64,000 nucleotides of DNA from Eledone cirrhosa. Lineage: Eukaryota. Shown here in pieces: positions 56,724 to 64,000 of this stretch (positions are counted from its first letter, which is position 1; each line of letters opens with the position of its first letter). Under the pieces are notes generated by a model. The model was not told the DNA's origin and searched no databases. It saw only the letters and a program-made list of their open reading frames with translations. Both the position numbers and the translations under genes were made by a program. The stretch spans positions 14,260,001 to 14,324,000 of the forward strand of contig OZ024764.1 of NCBI GenBank assembly GCA_964016885.1. Reading direction: 5' to 3'.

Positions 56724-57311
56724 GCAATGAAATATCTATGATCTTCGGCAAATCACTGATGAGGGACTTATTTTATTACATGTTACCCATGTGCTACCTG
56801 CAGTATTTTTCTCTATATTTTAATACATATATTTACCACTGCGATTCTGTGTTTTTTCTCTCTCTCTTACTGTTCCCCCATTCTCTCTGTTTCTCCCCCT
56901 CTGTCTTGTCCGTTAACTCTTCCTCACACTTTCACTCACTCACTGTTTTTCTCCCTCTTCTCTTCATTTCATCCTGCACTCACGAACGCTATTTTTTCTC
57001 TCTCTGCTCATAGCCCTCGTTCGTGTAGGTCTATTCTCTAAGCGCTCATATATTCACCTAGCTTACGCTAAACAGAATAATTTTTGAAGCTTGTTTCTCC
57101 CCTACGGTATGCTATATTTTCTGTTGTTCTCCTGTCTCACTCGCTTTACGCGTTTTAATTGTCCTAATAACTTATTTTGGTTATTATTGCACCGAAGTGA
57201 GATATATGATTTTTAATGCAATGAAATATCTATGATCTTCGGCAAATCACTGATGAGGGACTTATTTTATTACATGTTACCCATGTGCTACCTGCAGTAT
57301 TTTTCTCTATA

Positions 57312-57320
<9 letters not shown>
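56721..57320 (+). mobile_element. (TA)n-embedded element with about 105-bp identical direct repeats (Penelope pLTR-like partial tandem)
   Basis: 56721-56825 matches 57215-57319; diverged inverted fragment at about 30440-30520. Confidence 0.7.
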
Positions 57321-57344
<24 letters not shown>

Positions 57345-57347
<3 letters not shown>

Positions 57348-57828
57348 TGTAAAGTCTGTCTTAAGCCAGAAAGCTCATTTGGCCGGAGCTTATCCCGGTT
57401 TCATGGCGTGAAGTGACTGAGAGTACAAGACTCCCCCCTGGACAGGACACCAGTCCATCACAGGGTTAAACCCCCAGCTATTACTGGTACTTATCTTGGT
57501 TTCATGGCGTGAAGTGACTGAGAGTACAAGACTCCCCCCTGAACAGGACACCAGTCCATTGCAGGGTTAAACCCCCAGCTATTACTGGTACTTATCCCGG
57601 TTTCATGGCGTGAAGTGACTGAGAGTACAAGACTTCCCCCTGGACAGGACGCCAGTCCATTGCAGGGTTAAACCCCCAGCTATTACTGGTACTCATTTTC
57701 AGCTGAGTATACTGGAGCAACGTGAAATGAAGTGTCTTGCTCAAGAACACAACACACAACCCAGGAATCGAACCCACGACATTACGATCGTAAGTCCAAC
57801 ACTCTTACCACTAGGCCACGTGCCTCCA
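57345..57828 (-). mobile_element. Full-length tRNA-derived CORE-type SINE with internal 101-bp triplication
   Basis: A-box TGGCCTAGTGG, B-box GGTTCGATTCC, CORE-like TTCTTGAGCAAGACACTTCATTTCAC. Confidence 0.85.
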
Positions 57829-57952
57829 TATATAGGTATGTATGTATGTATGTATTTGTATATGTGTGTGTATGCGTGTGTATGTATGTGACGTTGTGTG
57901 TGTATGTGTATGCGTGTTTGTTTGCGTCTGTGTGAGTGTATGTATGTATATG

Positions 57953-58007
<55 letters not shown>

Positions 58008-58033
58008 ACACACATATATATACATATACATAT

Positions 58034-58077
<44 letters not shown>

Positions 58078-58127
58078 TGCCTGCTGGATAAGTGGAGTGT
58101 TATACACCCCTGATCCTCTCCCTAGTA

Positions 58128-58161
<34 letters not shown>

Positions 58162-58168
<7 letters not shown>

Positions 58169-58360
58169 TGAGATTCTACAGGACTAGAACTGTTTCATTC
58201 TTTAGAAATCATCAGGAATCTACACAGATTCCTGATGATTTCTAAAGAATGAAACAGTTCTAGTCCTGTAGAATCTCATCTATATTAAAACTTTTATACT
58301 CTGCAATGTATTGAGTACCTTACTTACTGTGGTTACCTCCGATTCAACCCGGAATAACGT
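58162..58360 (+). mobile_element. Family-B element with fold-back palindrome (58162-58285)
   Basis: Arms match the 23873 copy but the spacer differs (tacaca). Confidence 0.8.
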
Positions 58361-58384
58361 ACTATATATATATATAAGGAACGA

Positions 58385-58595
58385 TCGACTTTCGTCAAAT
58401 CGGACCGAAGGAACAATGTTTCCGTTGGTCTTTCCAATTGCTAATACTATCTATCGGTCGCAACTCCAGGTAGAAGGAGCAACGTGAAATAAAGTGTCTT
58501 GCTCAAGGACATAACGCATCACCTGGTCCAGGAATCGAACTCACAGCCTTACGATTGCGAATCCAATTCTCTAACCACTCAGCACACGCCTTCAC
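58385..58595 (-). mobile_element. tRNA/CORE-type SINE (family 2)
   Basis: Minus strand has GCTGAGTGGTTAGAG and GAGTTCGATTCC; homologous to 15545-15745. Confidence 0.8.
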
Positions 58596-58614
58596 ACGCC
58601 TTATACATATATAA

Positions 58615-58655
<41 letters not shown>

Positions 58656-58692
58656 TTCATATATATAAATACATATATATATACATATATAT

Positions 58693-58769
<77 letters not shown>

Positions 58770-59063
58770 ACCTCTCCCTGCCATGTTACAATTATAATCA
58801 GATGCGAGAATGTATTTCTAATTGCTATCAGATCTCAGCCGACCCTCAGCACATTCTTCCGGGTACATATTACGGGTGGATTAGTTGTTTACTGCAATAA
58901 GCTCTCTCTGATCCGGGTATGTGGTCATTCTGTGTCCTAGAAACAGCAGCCAAACTATCCTGGAAGTCACACATTTCACACCGGAATATATCTTTTTTTT
59001 CTGATAGGTCTGGTAGATCATAACTGACCTGGGGCTAAACAACAGCAATAATAAGGAAGGCTA

Positions 59064-59990
59064 CATAGATAATGTAGTCCTGGGTGGACTGTGTCTGTAT
59101 ATAAGACAGGACACATTAGATATTGTAGTCCTAGATACACTGTGTCTGTATATAAGACAGGACACATTAGATAATGTAGTCCTAGATAGACTGTGTCTGT
59201 ATATAAGACAGGACACATTAGATAATGTAGTCCTAGGTACACTGTGTCTGTATATAAGACAGGACACATTAGATAATGTAGTCCTAGATACACTGTGTCT
59301 GTATATAAGACAGGACACATTAGATAATGTAGTCCTAGATACACTGTGTCTGTATATAAGACAGGACACATTAGATAATGTAGTCCTAGATAGACTGTGT
59401 CTGCATATAAGACAGGACACATTAGATAATGTAGTCCTAGATACACTGTGTCTGTATATAAGACAGGACACATTAGACAATGTAGTCCTAGGTACACTGT
59501 GTCTGTATATAAGACAGGACACATTAGATAATGTAGTCCTAGGTACACTGTGTCTGTATATAAGACAGGACACATTAGATAATGTAGTCCTAGATACACT
59601 GTGTCTATATATAAGACAGGACACATTAGATATTGTAGTCCTAGATACACTGTGTCTGTATATAAGACAGGACACATTAGATAGTGTAGTCCTAGGTAGA
59701 CTGTGTCTGTATATAAGACAGGACACATTAGATAGTGTAGTCCTAGGTAGACTGTGTCTGTATATAAGACAGGACACATTAGATAATGTAGTCCTAGATA
59801 CACTGTGTCTGTATATAAGACAGGACACATTAGATAATGTAGTCCTAGATACACTGTGTCTGTATATAAGACAGGACACATTAGATAATGTAGTCCTAGA
59901 TACACTGTGTCTGTATATAAGACAGGACACATTAGACAATGTAGTCCTAGGTACACTGTGTCTGTATATAAGACAGGACACATTAGATAA
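59064..59990. repeat. 51-bp x18 tandem array
   Basis: Unit tagataatgtagtcctagatacactgtgtctgtatataagacaggacacat; monomer present at 11455-11508. Confidence 0.95.
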
Positions 59991-60119
59991 GTGTGTTAAC
60001 ACAAACAAACGGCAAGTATGTAGTGCGTTAAACAGAACTCTACACACATTCTGTGTGTAATGTGTTGAAATAAAACCTCATTACACGGCTAATGTGTGTA
60101 GTCTGTAGTTAAGTAGAAC

Positions 60120-60980
60120 TCTACATTACTCATACACACTACACGTTAAACTCTACACATTAGACCTTACACACTACACGTTAAGCTCTACACATTAGCC
60201 CTTACACATTACATATAGACAGACAACACATTAGGTCTTACACATTACAGATACAGACAACACATTAAACCTTACACACTACAGATACACACTACACAAT
60301 AGGCCTTACACAGTACAGTTACACTACAGTTACACACTACACATAAGGCCTTACACACTACAGTTACACACTACATATTAGGCCTTACACACTACAGTTA
60401 CACACTACAGTTACACACTACACATTAGGCTTTAGACACTACAGTTACACACTACACATTAGGTTTTATATACAACACATACACGGTCAGAGTATAATGT
60501 GTTGAAATAAAAACACATATACGACCAGTGTGTGTAGTGTGTTAAACAGAACACTACACACTACACAGTGACACGATATGCTACACAGTAAGCACTAGAC
60601 ACAACATACTACACAAATACTACACACCACATGCTACAGTATAGAAACTACACACAGCACACTACACAGTGAACACTACACATTATATTCTACACACAAA
60701 CAACACACTACACATTATATTCTACACACAAACAACACACTACACATTATATTCTACACACAAACAACACACTACACATTATATTCTACACACAAACAAC
60801 ACACTACACATTAAGTACTACACACTACACTGTAAATGTGTAATGTGTTGAAATTAAAACACATATACATCCAGTGTATGTAGTGTGTTAAACAGAACAC
60901 ACAATACATCGTAAACACCACACACTCTACATTACACACTACACATTACATTACACACTTACACACTACACATTACACAC
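60120..60980. repeat. Degenerate TACACAC-based minisatellite, including about 36-bp x4 at 60673-60812
   Basis: acactacacattatattctacacacaaacaac repeated. Confidence 0.8.
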
Positions 60981-61103
60981 TTACATAGATGTGTAGACTG
61001 GAGAGGAAGTGAATGGCGCCAGAAAGACTGGGGTGTTGGGTTTCAAAAACTGGGGAATACTGGAGAAACATTATATATATATGTATATATATATATATGT
61101 GTG

Positions 61104-61136
<33 letters not shown>

Positions 61137-61167
61137 ATTGTGTATATAAATATATACACACAAACAA

Positions 61168-61245
<78 letters not shown>

Positions 61246-61315
61246 GCCCATATACACACATATACATATATGTGTGTATATATATATATATGTGTGTTTG
61301 TGTGTATATAAACAT

Positions 61316-61434
<119 letters not shown>

Positions 61435-61440
61435 TATATA

Positions 61441-61568
<128 letters not shown>

Positions 61569-61643
61569 CATATATACATACATATACATATATATATATA
61601 TATCATATATATATATACATATATATATCATATATATATATAT

Positions 61644-61684
<41 letters not shown>

Positions 61685-61692
61685 GATATATA

Positions 61693-61737
<45 letters not shown>

Positions 61738-61760
61738 ATATATATATATATATATATATA

Positions 61761-61802
<42 letters not shown>

Positions 61803-62221
61803 CATACATACGTACATATATATATATATATATATATACATATATATATACAGAGAGAGGGAGAAGAGGAAGGAAATAAGAAGAAGAAAACAAAAAGAAG
61901 AAAAAGAAGAAGAAGAAGAAGAAGAAGAAGAAGAAGAAGAAGAAGAAGAAGAAGAAGAATGGAGGGCATGTGTAGAATGGTAAACCGTGGAAAGGACACC
62001 ATCTGTGGAACTAACGTGAATGGCTGGTGAATACAAAAGCAGGAACAGAAACCCGTTTACGGAACGAAATCTATATATTGTTCTATCGTATGAATTAACA
62101 AGACTAGCGAAAAAAAAAAATCTATATACACACACACACACACGTATATATACGTGTATGCGTGCGTGTGTGTGTGTGTTTGTGTGTGGGTGTATATGAA
62201 TGTATGAATATATGTGTATCC

Positions 62222-62283
<62 letters not shown>

Positions 62284-62435
62284 TTATACACACACACATA
62301 TATATATATGTATTTACACATATATATATATATATATATTTATACACAAACATATACACACACACACATATATATATATGTATATGTATATATGTATATA
62401 AACGTATATATATATGTATATGTATATATGTATAT

Positions 62436-62507
<72 letters not shown>

Positions 62508-62532
62508 TGTATATATATATATATATGTTTAC

Positions 62533-62616
<84 letters not shown>

Positions 62617-62728
62617 ATATATATATATGTACGTATTTATACCAATTCAAAATGGCGTCAAAAATGTTTCAATTTGCGATTCATGCATTTATTATTCACT
62701 GAATTTATAAATTATTTACTTATTGATA

Positions 62729-62962
<234 letters not shown>

Positions 62963-62993
62963 TATACATATATATATACATATATATATATAC

Positions 62994-63038
<45 letters not shown>

Positions 63039-63039
63039 C

Positions 63040-63080
<41 letters not shown>

Positions 63081-63119
63081 CATATATATATACATATGTG
63101 TGTATATATATATATATAC

Positions 63120-63177
<58 letters not shown>

Positions 63178-63359
63178 ATGTATGTATGTGTTAAGATGTA
63201 TGAGTTGTGGAGGGGTTGTAATATTTGATGAAATATAACAGTATTGTGATGATAATCTCTTACGTACACACACGATATATATACACACAGTAATGTGTGT
63301 ATATAGTGGATGTAGATTATGCAGAGAATGTGTGTAATTATATATATATATATATATAT

Positions 63360-63390
<31 letters not shown>

Positions 63391-63400
63391 TATATTCGAA

Positions 63401-63487
<87 letters not shown>

Positions 63488-63604
63488 ACACACACACATA
63501 CACACACAGACACATACACACACACATATATATATATGTATATATATGTATATATATATATATACGATATTAACAAATGGAAACTATATTTATAAAACCA
63601 TATC

Positions 63605-63669
63605 TATTTTATTATACATATTTCAAGGATACCATGTTAAATTATGGTATGCTTTCATCAGACAAAATA
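63605..63669 (-). ncRNA. Type I hammerhead ribozyme (family H1)
   Basis: TATTTTGT-CTGATGA-AAGCATACCATAATTTAACATGGTATCCTT-GAAA-TATGTA-TA-ATAAAATA. Confidence 0.8.
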
Positions 63670-64000
63670 CAATATATACCAGTTTTATAAATAAATTTTG
63701 TCATACCCTTTCAAAATGCAACCGTTACTTTTGGAAGACATCAGGGATATTGGATTTGTTTATCTTAGTAAGTCATTGTGTTACGGAGAAGGAAAAAGAC
63801 GGAGAGAGAGAAAAACCGTTTTCGAGTACGGCCACTACTTTATATCCATGTAGGAGAACCCCTACCGATGCGCTGAACAAGTGTGATTTTTTAGTCCAGC
63901 CAGCGACTTGAAAACTCTGGTACAAACACTACACTTGTGACAATTATTGACACATAGTGCTGGGCCCATGGCACCATGTGACAACAAGTGCAGAGAGATC

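Noticed and set aside
57185-57245. SECIS element (some Naiads encode selenoproteins)
   Set aside because: ATGA...TGAA are too close to form the required helix II and apical loop, and no linked UGA-containing ORF is present
57745-57828. tRNA gene
   Set aside because: The A and B boxes belong to a SINE head continuing into a CORE-like body; no complete cloverleaf
59018-60047. 17-aa repeat proteins
   Set aside because: The 51-bp satellite is open in two frames and its monomer is a dispersed repeat

Overview
AT-rich eukaryotic (animal) genomic DNA. The SINE/LINE repertoire and microsatellite load suggest an octopus-type cephalopod, which is an inference. No intact host gene is evident, and almost every ORF in the track is a translation of a simple repeat. 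The window is a mosaic of (TA)n/(CA)n/(GA)n/(ACC)n/(GTT)n tracts, tRNA-derived SINEs, RTE, Tx1/L1 and R4/Dong-like LINE fragments, piggyBac- and mariner-type MITEs, and many Penelope-like (Naiad-type) remnants sitting in (TA)n. Three signals stand out. (1) At least seven intact-looking type I hammerhead ribozymes from about five sequence families, plus one SINE-disrupted and several decayed copies; two families have long, covarying stem II hairpins, and one family lies downstream of a Naiad GIY-YIG endonuclease remnant. (2) Short (TA)n-embedded elements each carry a copy-specific fold-back palindrome. (3) Internal transposon segments have repeatedly been amplified into tandem satellites at microhomologies, including a 65-bp RTE-derived satellite with a 258-bp higher-order repeat. 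There is one 200-N assembly gap. All folds and alignments were done by eye.
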